Origin: the human T2T-CHM13v2.0 reference genome, Homo sapiens
Assembly: GCF_009914755.1 (NCBI RefSeq)
Contig: NC_060933.1
Direction: 5' to 3' (one strand)
DNA: 64,000 bases
The notes beneath the pieces were generated by a model, which worked only from the letters and a program-made list of their open reading frames with translations, ran no database searches and was not told where the DNA came from. Positions within the stretch are counted from its first letter, which is position 1, and each line of letters opens with the position of its first letter. Shown piece by piece: positions 15,125 to 29,012 of the stretch. The position numbers and the translations under genes were made by a program.

Positions 15125-16956
15125 GTGAGTCCCGGCCAGGGCTCTGGGAAGAGCCTGTCCTTCTGTAGCAGTGTCTGGGAGGTGAGAGTGGGATGCAGGA
15201 GGGCTAAAGTAGGCCCAGTAAGGATGGGCTTCCTGTATCCTCCTGTACCCAAGGAAGACCTCAGGGATAGTAGCCCAGAAACAGTAGGCGTGGGAAACTG
15301 GAAGGAGCAGGGCATTCTCTTGGCAGTTTCTGGGACTGTTCATTTCATTGGCCAGTGGAGGTGATGTAGGAGGTGAGGTTGCAGGATGGGCAGGGCCAGA
15401 TCTGGAAGAGCCTTGGAGGCCACCATAAGGGGTTGAGGCTTAAGTGCAAGCTTGATGGGGAGCTTTGCAGACAGCAAGGTCCAGGTCCCTCTGAGGAGCT
15501 CACTGAGCCAGCTGTGCGGGGAATGGCCAATGGCAGGGGAGGGGCTGGGTGAGGATGGAGGCAAGGAGGGTGGAGGGGCCTCTGTGGTGCCCACATGCAG
15601 CAGAGCCTTGGCTTGGCTGGGACTGGCAGTGCCAACGGAGTAGCATCAGCCCGTGAATCCTTGGGGCCTAGCTGAAGTGAGAGCAGCTAAGCTTAACCAA
15701 GGACAAGTGTCAAGTCTGTAACAGCAGGTAGAGCTGTGGGCTTAGTCACTACAGCCTGTCTCAAAGGGAAGCAACCCCTGCTGATGGGGCATCTGCTGCC
15801 TCAGATGCTGCACTTGCTCTGACTTCAAAACTGGCCTCTGTGTGTTCTAATAGGTGTGTGCATTGGGCTGTTTTCACAGACTCAATAGTGACTCACACAA
15901 GATAGAAACAGGCTTCTCACATCACAAATCTGGTGTGCTAGTCTAGAATGGGTGTGGTGGCTCCTTGGTGGATGGGGCCTCAGCTCCTTCTGCACCTGTT
16001 CCCACCTTCTCTAGGGTGCTCTGCTGCCTTGGTCCTCATGGACCAGGCTGGTTTTTCACCTCCTACTCACTCTGGTCAACCAGAAGACTTAAAGGGGAAG
16101 GAGAGCCACACCCTTCCTCCCGAGGGCACTGCTTGGAAGTTCTCCACACATCCCATTGAGCAGAGCGTGGTTGCCTGGCCACGTGTAGCTGCAAGGGAGG
16201 CTGGGAGCTGTGGCCTTTATCCTGCTGGCTGTGTGTTCAGTTACAGGTCACAGGGAGAATGGGTTTAAGGCACAAGGAGCAGTGTCTGTGACAGCGTGTA
16301 AGCCAGGCTGGGGTAAGCCAGGCTGGGGTTTGGTGCTGACTATAGCCTAGAAGGCATTGGGTTCTGGGGTCAGGGCACCTGGGTCTGAGACGATGATCCA
16401 GTTATGGCACCTTGGGCGAGTTGCTTGTCTTTTCTGAGCCTCAGTTTCTCACCTGTGAATGGGTCTGTCCACACCTATCTCAAGAGAATTATAGTGGGGA
16501 ATAAATGGGATCATGTATAGGACAGAACCTCATGTAGCAGCCGGCACATAGTAGGTGCTCATCTGCATTTCCTTTTTCCGTTTCCCCCCAGGGTCGTTTT
16601 AAATCTCTCCGTGTGGACATTGGTTCTGGGCCACACTGCACGGGCTTGAATCCCCCTCCCCCAACACCTAGCGACTAGACAACTTTGAGCAATGACCCTA
16701 ACCAGTTTCAAACTTGGCTTCAGCCTCTATAAAATGGGAATAATGATAGCTTCTACCTTGTAGGATCATCGTGAGCATTGAATGAGATGAGGAGGGTAAT
16801 GTGCTGGGTAGGTGCTTGGCATTTAGTGAGCTCTTGTTAGATGATAACTTCTATTTTTATAATGTTTAAATGTTTAAAAAGTTGCAAAATGAAAAAAACA
16901 GCATTTCACAAATATATTAATCTAAAGTCAAAGAGCGGATTATTTATTTTATAATA

Positions 16957-17357
16957 ATGGGATTAAATAGCTCCTCAGTAGGCAGGAATACAGTAGAAAT
17001 TCCTCTGACACATCTCAGTTCTCTCATAAAAATGTGAGGCAGTGTGGACCAAGCTTCCCTTCCTGTCATTGTGGGAACTTGGGAAAACAGGCATGATGCC
17101 CTGCTTTAACCTGTAATGAGTTAGGAAGTCCTGCCTTGCCTCCCCTCCCCACCATTTCTGCAGTGTCAGTGTAAGCTTGATGAAAGGGTGTCAGGCCCTC
17201 TCAGATGCAGGGAGACAGTTCAGGCAGACATAAAATTAATGCTGACAAGATCCATCACGAGTGCAGGGCAGCCATGCTGCACTCATGGGTTCACTGGGTA
17301 CAGTAGCTAATTAGCTTTGCTTGCAAAATTACCTGCCTTATTCCTGCCATCAACTTA
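16957..17357 (+). repeat. Dispersed ~400 bp duplicated element, copy A (intron 2)
   Basis: Aligns by eye with 44003-44392; 17202-17248 is identical to 44231-44277. Confidence 0.9.
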
Positions 17358-17367
17358 TTTGTGGTTA

Positions 17368-17804
<437 letters not shown>

Positions 17805-18450
17805 TCAACTTCCTTACTCTGTGACCTTGGGCAAGTTACTTAGCCTCTCCGGCCTCAGTGCCCTCATCTGTGAAATAGGGATAATACTATCACCTGCCTC
17901 AGAGGATTGTTATGAGGATCAGATAGGTTATCTAGAAATCACCTAGGTAGTACTTGGCACAGCAAGTCCTCTTTAGTTTTAGCTGCTATTATTATTGTTA
18001 CTACTACTGAAACTGTAAAGTACTCCTGAGAAAATTTCTATTAACATAACTACTGTTTTTATAAAAATTGCGATTAGATGGTTCACGTGTTTTTTGGTTT
18101 TTAAATGCTCATGAGTCAAAACTGTAAAGCATTTTTTGTAACAGCTTTATTGAAATATATTCACACACCATTCAATTCACCCATTTGAAGTGTACAATTC
18201 AACGTGCATGTGTTTAGATGGGGAGCAAATGGTGGTTCTGGAATTCCTCCCCCAGCCTCCTCCTGGCCTTCGGAGCACTTCCAACCTTGGTTCTGGGTGA
18301 GGTAAGGATGTCCCAGGTGGCAGAGCAAAGGAGGCTCCTGTCTATTTCATCTTCTGTTTGGGACAGGGAGGCCCAGAAGGCCCCGGGTTGGGATGAGGCG
18401 CTCCTCCGAGATTGTCACGGTGACCCCTGTTGCTTTGTTTGCCTCCCTAG

Positions 18451-18640
18451 AGCACCTGAAGGAGCGCTTGGCCAATGAGCTTTCGGGACTGCCCAAGGTG
18501 CGCCTGATCCGCGCCAACAAGAGAGAGGGCCTGGTGCGAGCCCGGCTGCTGGGGGCGTCTGCGGCGAGGGGCGATGTTCTGACCTTCCTGGACTGTCACT
18601 GTGAGTGCCACGAAGGGTGGCTGGAGCCGCTGCTGCAGAG
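18451..18640 (+). CDS. GALNT12: GALNT12 exon 3 (190 nt; contains Mn2+-binding DxH motif FLDCHCEC)
   Basis: ccctag|AG acceptor, AG|gtacgt donor; [12 protein letters not shown] and DCH (18591-18599). Confidence 0.97.
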
Positions 18641-18886
18641 GTACGTGAGCCGCCCACCATGGGAGAGACAGCATGTTACCTGGAGTAGGTAGCATGAGGA
18701 ACAGACTCATCACGTCACTTGAGGGTTAACGGGTTGCCTGGGCTCAGCTGCTTCTCTGTCACTGGGCAGGAGAGCAGTCCCTGCTTAGTTCGGCTGTTGA
18801 GACCGTTAAATGATTTAGTGCATGGCAAGTGCCTGGGAGTGCCAGCTGGAGAAGGCCCTGTGTCACTGTTTGCTTTTATTATTCCT

Positions 18887-19170
<284 letters not shown>

Positions 19171-20529
19171 TTATTATTCCTTTTTATCCGGGCTTGTTGC
19201 AGAAAACCGAGGAAGTATCATCAACCAAGAACATTTTAAAAAATCCTCAGTCAAATAGAATGGCACTCCTAAAGAATACACATTTTGATGTATTTCTTTC
19301 AAGCAGGGCTGACTTAACCCTTACACCCAGGAGGAACAATGCCTAGGGCCCATGAAACTGGAAGGAACCCAGATAAATGTTATGAATTTCTTTTAAAATC
19401 AGAAGGGAAAAATGAATATCATAATAATGGGTATGTAATAATGAATCTAGCATGGATTGTATTTGTCTTTATACCAGTATAGTCATAAAATATGCTTTTT
19501 AATATGTCTGGTTGTTATAGAGGAAGGGTCCCTGAAAGTCATAATGTAACCCTGTTCTCAAGGCCATTGTCCTTGCTGTTCCACGGCATCTCACTCTCAC
19601 CCTCCTACCTTCCCCCCTCAAGAAGCCACCATCTACTGGGGCCCACTTTTTGTTCCCTTCTGTCTCTTTCCTCCCCATGCTCTGCCTCGTCTCTCTGCCC
19701 TTTCTGTTTCTGCATCATAGAAGTCAGGAGCTGGGCTTGCCAACCAGAAGCTCCCCAGGTGGGAGAGGAAGGAAGGGATCTTTGCTTGGCCTCCCCGCTG
19801 TGGAGCAGGCAAAGGGCTGGAGGGGCAGGGTCTCTGCAGCTGGGGAACTGCTTCCCCGCAGATGCCAACTCCATGGTTGTTAGGGTTGTCTGAAAGAGCT
19901 GGGGACCCACTTGCCTTCCTTCCTGGGTGTGACCCAGCTGCCCCCTGCCCTGCCACTTCCTACTGTCCTGGCTTCTTGTCAGCTGCAGGTTCTATAGCTG
20001 TCTCTTTCTCCTCCTCAGCTCTGATGAGCTTTCCTAGCAGCAGATTCGAGGCTCCTCTGGCCTGTGATGGAGCTGGAGATTAGAGCACAGTTATGGCCGA
20101 GTGCTCCCTCTGGAACCCAGACCAATGGGCTCCCCTTCCTTCGTTCCCCCACTGCACTCATAGATGGCCACCTCTACACAGGTCTGAAATCATGGGGAGA
20201 GGACATTTCTTTCTCTGCAGCTGATGGATTAATGCTTTTAGAATTCCTCTTCATCCCACCCTTTGGACATGGGCCAGCCGCCTCCTTGCTGCATGCCTGT
20301 AGAAGAGGGGATTTTCCACCTCGGTTGTCTGTTAGAAATACCTGGGAAACTTTAAAAAATTTATATTTTAATTTTTAATTGTTGTGGGTAAATAGTAGGT
20401 GTATATATTTATGGGGTACATGAGATATTTTGATACAGGCATGCAATGCATAATAATCACATCAGAGGAAATGGGATATCCATCCCTTCAAGCATTTATC
20501 TTTGTGTTACTAATAATCCACTCATACTC

Positions 20530-20827
20530 TTTTTTTCTTTTTTTTTTAGACAGAGTCTCACTCTGTCACCCAGGCTGGAGGGCAGTGGCGTGATCTTGGC
20601 TCACTGCAACCTCCGCCTCCCAAGTTCAAGTGATTCTCCTGCCTCAGCTTCCTGAGTAGCTGGGACTACAGGTGCGTGCCACCGCACCTGGCTAGTTTTT
20701 GTATTTTTAGTAGGGACAGAGTTTCACGATGTTGGCCAGGCTGGTCTCGAACTCCTAACCTCAGTGATCCACCCACCTCAGCCTCCCAAAGTGCTGGGAT
20801 TACAGGCGTGAGCCACTGCACCTGGCC
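20530..20827 (-). mobile_element. Alu
   Basis: Full dimer, TSD tcatactctt. Confidence 0.95.
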
Positions 20828-20845
20828 CAGTCATACTCTTAGTAA

Positions 20846-20851
20846 TTTTTT

Positions 20852-20905
<54 letters not shown>

Positions 20906-21187
20906 GAGACAGAGTCTCGCTCTGTTGCCCAGGCTAGAGTACAGTAGGGTGATCTCGGCTCACTGCAGCCTCTGCCTCCCAGGTTCAAGTGATTCTCCTG
21001 GCTCAGCCTCCTGAGTAGCTGGGATTACAGGCATGCACTACCATGCCAGGCTAATTTTTGCATTTTTAGTAGAGATGGGGTTTCACCATGTTGGCCAGGC
21101 TGGTGTAAAACTCCTGACCTCAAGTGATTTGCCCGTCTCAGCCTTCCAAAGTGCTGGGATTACAGGCATGAACCACCACGCCCAGCC
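20846..21187 (-). mobile_element. Alu whose tail has become a (TAGA)n STR
   Basis: Dimer 20905-21187, TSD agtWattttt. Confidence 0.93.
20853..20904 (+). repeat. (TATC)13 microsatellite
   Basis: Perfect tetranucleotide run. Confidence 0.95.
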
Positions 21188-23470
21188 AGTTATTTTTAAA
21201 TGTACAATTAAATTATTTTTTTTTTTTACTATAGTCACTCTGTTGTGCTAGCAACTGGTACGTCTTATTCATTCTTTCTATTTTTTTGTACCCATTAACC
21301 ATCCCCACTCCCCCAACCAACTACCCTTCCCAGTCTCTGGTAACCATCCTTCTGCTCTCTGTCTCCATGAGTTCAATTGTTTTAAGTTTTAGCTCCCACA
21401 AATAAGTGAAAACATGCAAACTTTGTCTTTTTGTGCCTTGCTTATTTCACCTAACGTAATGACCTCCAGTTCCATCCATGTTGTTGCAAATGACAGCATC
21501 TCATTCTTTTTTACGGATGAATAGTACTCTATTGTGAGTATATGTACCACATATCCTTTATCCATTCATCTGTTGATGGACACTTCGGTTGCTTCCCAAT
21601 CTTGGTTATTGTGAATAGTGCTGCAACAAACATGAGAGTGCAGATATATTTTCGATACACTGACTTCCTTTCTTTTGGATATGTACGTAGGAGTAGAATT
21701 GCAGGATCATATGGTAGCTCTATTTTTAGTTTTTTGAGGAACCTTCAAACTGTTCTCCATAGAGGTTGTACTAATTTACATTCCCACCAACGGTGTGTGA
21801 GGGTTCAACCTGGGGAGCTTTTTAAACACACCAATGCCTGGTCCCATTTGGATCTAACTCTTGGGGCTGGGGCCTCGGCTTCTGCATGTTTCAAAAGCTC
21901 CCCAGGGGACTTTGGTGTGCACGAGCATTGGGACACATCAGACTGTGGACTCTCCCTAAGGTGGCCCCAGACAGGAGTGGTAACCCTTTCCATCCAGGGG
22001 CTTTTGGAAATGTGGGAGGGTATTCTTGGTTGTCATGTCAACCAGGTAGGGCTCCTGGCATTTTGTGTATCAGGGAGGCCAAGTATCCTGCAGATCAGCC
22101 CTGTTCAGTGGAGAATGGTTCTGGCCCAGATGCCAATAGCATCCCTGTGGGTCCTGCACATTCTCCAGCCACGACTGGGAGTCCTATACTCCAATGCTGG
22201 TACAGCATTCCCCTAGTTTTCCCCTCCTTGTAAAAATTAGGCTTTCTGTGGTTCCAGCCAGCTTGATCACAAGCCATCAGTTCCTGGGGGAGCTGGCCTT
22301 TGCCAGGGGCCAGCTAGAACTTGCCCAGCAGGTCTGATGTTGGCCCTTTCAACCTTTTAAATAATGCCCTCAATTGCTTTAAATAAGCGGATGTTGGTGG
22401 ATACCTAGTATGCAACTTCCTCAATTTGGGGAACTCACAGATCTAAGACCCTGTCTCACGCAACCTGTTCTGAACAGTGCAATTTCCCGATAGTTGTAAT
22501 TCTTACCCCAGAGTGGTATTTCTAATATCCCCTCTGACTTTCTGGTGTCATTCTAAGGACACCGAAAGCTCAAGTCTGGTTGATCTCTGTTGCACTGTCC
22601 TGTGTGGCAGGACTCTTAGGATTTTTAGGTCTCAAATTCCAGACAACGTCCCCCAAAATGTACTCAAGGAAATCTAGTGTTCACACGTGGTCTAGTCTCA
22701 GTCCATCTTTCCTGGTGTAGTGGCAAATGCAAAGAAACACGGCCTGGAAGCATGCTGAGGGATGGCCAGATTTGTAATAATGTGGAGAGAACCGTTGAAG
22801 CCAACACACAGGCTGATACCTGCAAAAGGAAATTATAGCATTTTTCACTATATGTAATATTTCACAATAACAAACATTAAAATAAAAAAATAGCAATAGT
22901 TTCAGGTTCTCTGCCAGCTATCTTAAAAACATTTTCCCAGGAAGTCCTCACATTAACCCTCTGAATGGATATTATAATTCCAGTGTTACCACTGAGGCAA
23001 TAGGCTCTGAAGTTAGGTGACTTGGCTAATGTCACACAACAAATAAATAGCAGGATTAGAATTTATATTCTAATTCCAAAGCTGACCCTTTGGTCTGGGT
23101 GCACCTTTGTTCTTAGGAGATAAGTATTTCTTGATGTTAAGGTGTTTCATTGTGATTAAACCTCTTGCACTTCTGAGAAATTGAAATCATAGAGCGTTTG
23201 GTCAGAATGTCCATGGATAGAATCAGAGCATATTAAAGTCATGGGACTTTTTGTTTTAAAGCCCTCCGTGGCCCCCAGATCTCCCCCATGGTGGTCACCG
23301 GCCAGGGCTCTGACACGGCTGCAGACACCTGGAATAAGAGAAGCAGGTCTTTCTCAGATGTTCCTCCCTCTTATTGGAAGGAAGACAAGAATTCACCCTT
23401 GAATTTCCCAATTGTCTTCCTGCTGCCCGTCTGCATAGGAGAGACGGATGGATGTCTTGGGTGCTTTCAG

Positions 23471-23656
23471 GATCCATGAAGAGGAGTCGGCAGTGGTGTG
23501 CCCGGTGATTGATGTGATCGACTGGAACACCTTCGAATACCTGGGGAACTCCGGGGAGCCCCAGATCGGCGGTTTCGACTGGAGGCTGGTGTTCACGTGG
23601 CACACAGTTCCTGAGAGGGAGAGGATACGGATGCAATCCCCCGTCGATGTCATCAG
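23471..23656 (+). CDS. GALNT12: GALNT12 exon 4 (186 nt; IHEEESAVVCPVIDVID...GGFDW...VDVIR)
   Basis: tttcag|G acceptor, AG|gtcagg donor; VCPVIDVI and GGFDW motifs. Confidence 0.97.
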
Positions 23657-23859
23657 GTCAGGAGCTGACTTCTGGGTGACTTGTTTTTTAAGCATGCCTC
23701 ATTGAATCTGGCTGACCTGTGAGCGGAGGCCCTCGGGAGGAATGGTTAGCTGTCAGCTTAACTACCTCCCCTCTTCCCACTTTTTTGCCCAGAGTATTTG
23801 TTTATTTTTATTAAACGTGTCTGCTACACATGTCAATTTTATATCGGTATATTTTATTT

Positions 23860-24715
<856 letters not shown>

Positions 24716-25824
24716 ACATCTTTAGGCCCCTTTGACCTGGGGTGTGGGTGGATCCATGGCAGGTGGAGGAGTCTGCTCTGGCCAGTGGGTGAGTCAAGCT
24801 CTGAGTAGAATGGGCCCAAGGGAGGCTCAGCAGCTCTCATTCTGGAGGTTTTGAAGTGATAGCCTGGCTTCTTCCTCCCCTTCCAAGTTCAGAAGCAAGT
24901 GGGAGACAGATGTGGGAGTTGGGCAGGAGGAGGTCAGGACTTCAGCCTCACCGCTGGTGTGTTGAACCGGAAGTAGGCTCTGAGTTTTGCGTCCACATTT
25001 GGCAGTTGGGCTTCTGAATTCTTTCACCAGAGTCCTGACCTTAAGATGACCCGCTGCTGGCAGGAGTGGAGCAAGCAAGGAGAGTGTCCAGAGATAAGGC
25101 TGGAGAGATGGGCGGGGCCAAGGGAAGGGGTTTGGACTTGACCCTGAGCAGGTAGAAGCCACTGAAGGGATCGGAGCAGGAAGTGACCTGAGCATGTGCT
25201 GCGTGCCATGTGGTGAGGGCCCTGGGGGGACCGTTGTAGGCAGGGATACCATTAGGAGGCTCTGCAGTCTTCCAGGTCAGAAACAATGGTTCAGGAGATG
25301 GTGGGCACTGTGGATTCCAGAGATGTTAAGATGGAAGAATTGGAAGAAATTGAGTGGGAATTGGGGAAGGAAGGAATTAAGAATGGCACCCAGGCTTCTG
25401 TAGGAGCCCTTAGTGAGAACATCCTGCTCAATCCCTCACTGAATAGGTTTGGAAACTGAGACACAGAGCAGGAGGCTCTAATCTAGGCTACTTAGGCAGC
25501 CTGTCATGAATTCATGGGGGTCCATGAATTCTAATTGCCCCGTTACCCCACATGCTCAGGGCACCTATCCTCCCCATCCCATAATATCCCTGTGCCTCAG
25601 TTATCTCATCTGTATAATAGGTACCAGCATATCCACCCTGCTTATTTCCTAGATTTTTAGGATAAACACACGTGAAGGTGCTTTGTAGTCTAGAACCTTC
25701 CCTTCCACTGGGGATGTTGCTGTTGTCTTCTCAGTTGGCCCCATGCTTGGAGTCCAGGGCAGGCCCCGATGCTGCAGGATGTTAACATTTTCAGTGGTTG
25801 CGCTCTCAATGTTCTCTTTCCCTA

Positions 25825-26119
25825 TTTTTTTTTTCAAGTTGGGGTCTCGCTTTGTCACCCAGGCTGGAGTGCAGTGGCATGATCTCAGCTCTCTGCAACC
25901 TCTGCCTCCTGGATTCAAGTGATTCTCCTGCCTCAGCCTCCTGAGTAGCTGGGATTATAGCTGTGGGCCACCACACCCAGCTAATTTTTGCATTTTTTTA
26001 GTAGAGACAGGTTTTCGCCATATTAACCAGGCTGGTCTTGAACTCCTGACCTCAGGAGATCTGCCCGCCTCAGCCTCCCAAAGTGCTGGGATTACAGGTA
26101 TGAGCCACCGTGCCCAGCC
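25825..26119 (-). mobile_element. Alu
   Basis: TSD ctttccctattt. Confidence 0.95.
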
Positions 26120-26947
26120 CTTTCCCTATTTCTGAATTCATCCTTTTGCCTGTGCAACTCTGGGACGTGCTGACCTTACAGTGTTCTGCCGTGTAGGCTG
26201 GAAGCCGTGGGCCGTTTCTGGTTAGTGCTGGCTTCCAGATAAACCTGGTGGTGGGTGGCGGGAAACAAGGCTGGCTGAAAAAGCAGCCTGAGGCTGGCTA
26301 GCTGGGTCCTAGTGGAGGAAACCACTCAAGAGGACCTGGCCCTCGGGGCACTTTCAGATGCCAGAGTTGCCTTTAGGGCCTTCTGCATACTGGCCTCTGA
26401 GTGGCATCTGTGAGTGCCTGCCTTGTGAGATCACACCTCCTCAGATGACCATGGCCTGGAGCCTGCCTTCTTCTCGGAACGTGGTCTCTTGCTTCTCTCT
26501 TCTCCTTGCTCTCTATGCTTCTAAATGTCCCTGGATTTCTCCCACCCTTAAGCCTTTGCTCATGCTGGAGAACCATTCCATTTCCCTTCTTCTTCTTGGC
26601 TAACTGTCCTTTGTCCTGCAGACCTTGCTTCCTCCAGGGAACCTAGTCCTGCCCTTTTGCCCCTGCCCTCCTCAGTGTTCTCCCAGGGCCCTGGCTGACC
26701 TTAGTTAACATATTTAGCACACACATAGTACTTACCTGCTGAGAAGCCTGGGAGCCACCTCAAGGCAGGGACCGTAGGGTACATCTATGCCTCCAGGCCC
26801 AGCCTAGTGTGGGGCACAGAGGTGAAGGCGGGATATGCTTAGAGATGACAGATGAACAGATGAAAGGGCTCGTGGTGGGAAGGTAGTTGGATAACTGTGA
26901 TGGTTTTCTGCTGTCTACAGTGAAATAAGGATATCATACTTTTTTAG

Positions 26948-27065
26948 GTCTCCAACAATGGCTGGTGGGCTGTTTGCTGTGAGTAAGAAATATTTTGAAT
27001 ATCTGGGGTCTTATGATACAGGAATGGAAGTTTGGGGAGGAGAAAACCTCGAATTTTCCTTTAGG
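26948..27065 (+). CDS. GALNT12: GALNT12 exon 5 (118 nt; [10 protein letters not shown]...[11 protein letters not shown])
   Basis: ttttag|G acceptor, GG|gtaagt donor; Gal/GalNAc-T motif WGGENLE. Confidence 0.97.
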
Positions 27066-27438
27066 GTAAGTATTTCAGTCTTCTCTTTGGACATGTTCTT
27101 AACTGATTCTCTCTTTGGGAACGATGGGATTTGCTGTAAGAGCCTGGTGGACCCTGAAAGATGATGACACGCATATCCTATAAACATGCTTGCTTTCTTG
27201 TTTTAGCTTTTTAAAAAGTGTACTTTTTCTAGATTTGGGGCCAGCAAGGGCCTTGCGAGTCACATAGTTCTCTCTCACTCTATGGAGAGGAGGAAATGAA
27301 ACCAGGAGAGAGGTGACTTGCTCAGGGTTAGGTTCCTCCTGATCCTGTCTTCTGGAGCCTTTACTTGATTAATTCCTTATGAAGTGGCCTCTTTATTTAG
27401 CACAGTGCCTTTCAAACTTTGACAGATGTAAGAATTTC

Positions 27439-27756
<318 letters not shown>

Positions 27757-28670
27757 TAAACTTGTTAGAAAGACAGATTCACAAGCACAATCTAGAATTC
27801 TAGCTAGATTTGATAGCTTTAGGGTGGGACCAAGATTCTGCTTTTTGTAACAAGCCTTCCTACTGATGCTACTCTACATGGCCCGTGAAAACCGTATTGG
27901 AAAACTCCTAGCATTTCAGTAGATTTTCCAGTTAATGAAGTCTTACATTTTAAGCATCAAAACTTTGTGTAAATGTTGGTGCTTTTCAGTGGAAAATTAA
28001 GATTTTTAATAATATTTTATATGGTGTTCTGCCCTCATAAAAACTGAATAAACAAGAATTTGGCCTTCTACCGAGGACTCACGCCCTCTGTAATAAGTAC
28101 CAGATGCTGTGCTTGGTTGTCCCATCTTTGGGAAAATGAGATATTCAAGGCTGTCAGTCCCAGTGTGAGATGGGCTCAGATGCCTTCGCCTGTTGAGTCT
28201 TTGGGTGTGCTTTTAATGGTCTCTCTGCCTCTTCCTTAGGTGTCAGGCTGCTCTACCTGTTTCTAGACGCTCTTCCTTTCCCCCTTCCAAACCTCTTTTC
28301 TTCCTTGCTGCTTTCCTATCTTCTGTGGCTAGGAGATCAGGTAATCAAGCCTGTGTTTTCTGTAATGAGTAAGTGGGTTGCCAGCGAGGTCTCTGTGGAT
28401 GCTCCTGTGAGTCAAGTGCATGAGCTTTAGTGCATGGACTTTGGGGTCTTGGTTCCCACAGCTTATATGTTTTGGGGGCTGCTTTCTTGCTCTTTACCCA
28501 CATTCTGTGTCATGAGTGTGCCGGGTAGGTGGCCTCCTGCCCGATGGAGGCTGAGCATCTTGGCAGTGTCCATCATGCCTTGCGTGTGCCTGGCCTCTTT
28601 GCTGCAGATACTATGGACCCGCAGCTCATCCCCTGCTCACCACCTGGCCTCTCCTTTTCTCTGTGTGCAG

Positions 28671-28847
28671 ATCTGGCAGTGTGGTGGGGTTCTGGAAACA
28701 CACCCATGTTCCCATGTTGGCCATGTTTTCCCCAAGCAAGCTCCCTACTCCCGCAACAAGGCTCTGGCCAACAGTGTTCGTGCAGCTGAAGTATGGATGG
28801 ATGAATTTAAAGAGCTCTACTACCATCGCAACCCCCGTGCCCGCTTG
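28671..28847 (+). CDS. GALNT12: GALNT12 exon 6 (177 nt; IWQCGG...CSHVGHVF...NPRARL)
   Basis: gtgcag|A acceptor, TG|gtgagt donor; PCSHVGH motif. Confidence 0.97.
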
Positions 28848-29012
28848 GTGAGTTCCTCGGCCCACCTGCACTCCATCTGGCTTCATCTGAACAACAGCAG
28901 CTAATCGTGGCTTCCCCAACATAGTCGATCTGGTTCCAGAAATAGAGAATAAATTGGGTGCTCAGATACGAGTAAGGGGAGAATTTATTCCTCCATTTAT
29001 AATAATTATATG

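Larger units (their letters stand above)
20356..21805 (-). mobile_element. L1MA-type 3' fragment with two inserted Alus
   Basis: L1 3'UTR and ORF2 end sequence. Confidence 0.8.

Noticed and set aside
16298-16329. Short tandem duplications (gtaagccaggctggg x2; also 44600-44630 and 47621-47660)
   Set aside because: Ordinary slippage products with no further structure
18393-18450. In-frame intronic ATGs just upstream of exons 2, 3 and 4 (14878, 18393, 23448)
   Set aside because: Short extensions expected by chance, some not true ATG starts; real acceptors explain the exons
21542-22216. Longest ORF in the track (224 aa)
   Set aside because: Antisense L1 3' end fused to MER5-like and other repeat fragments; no domain similarity recognised
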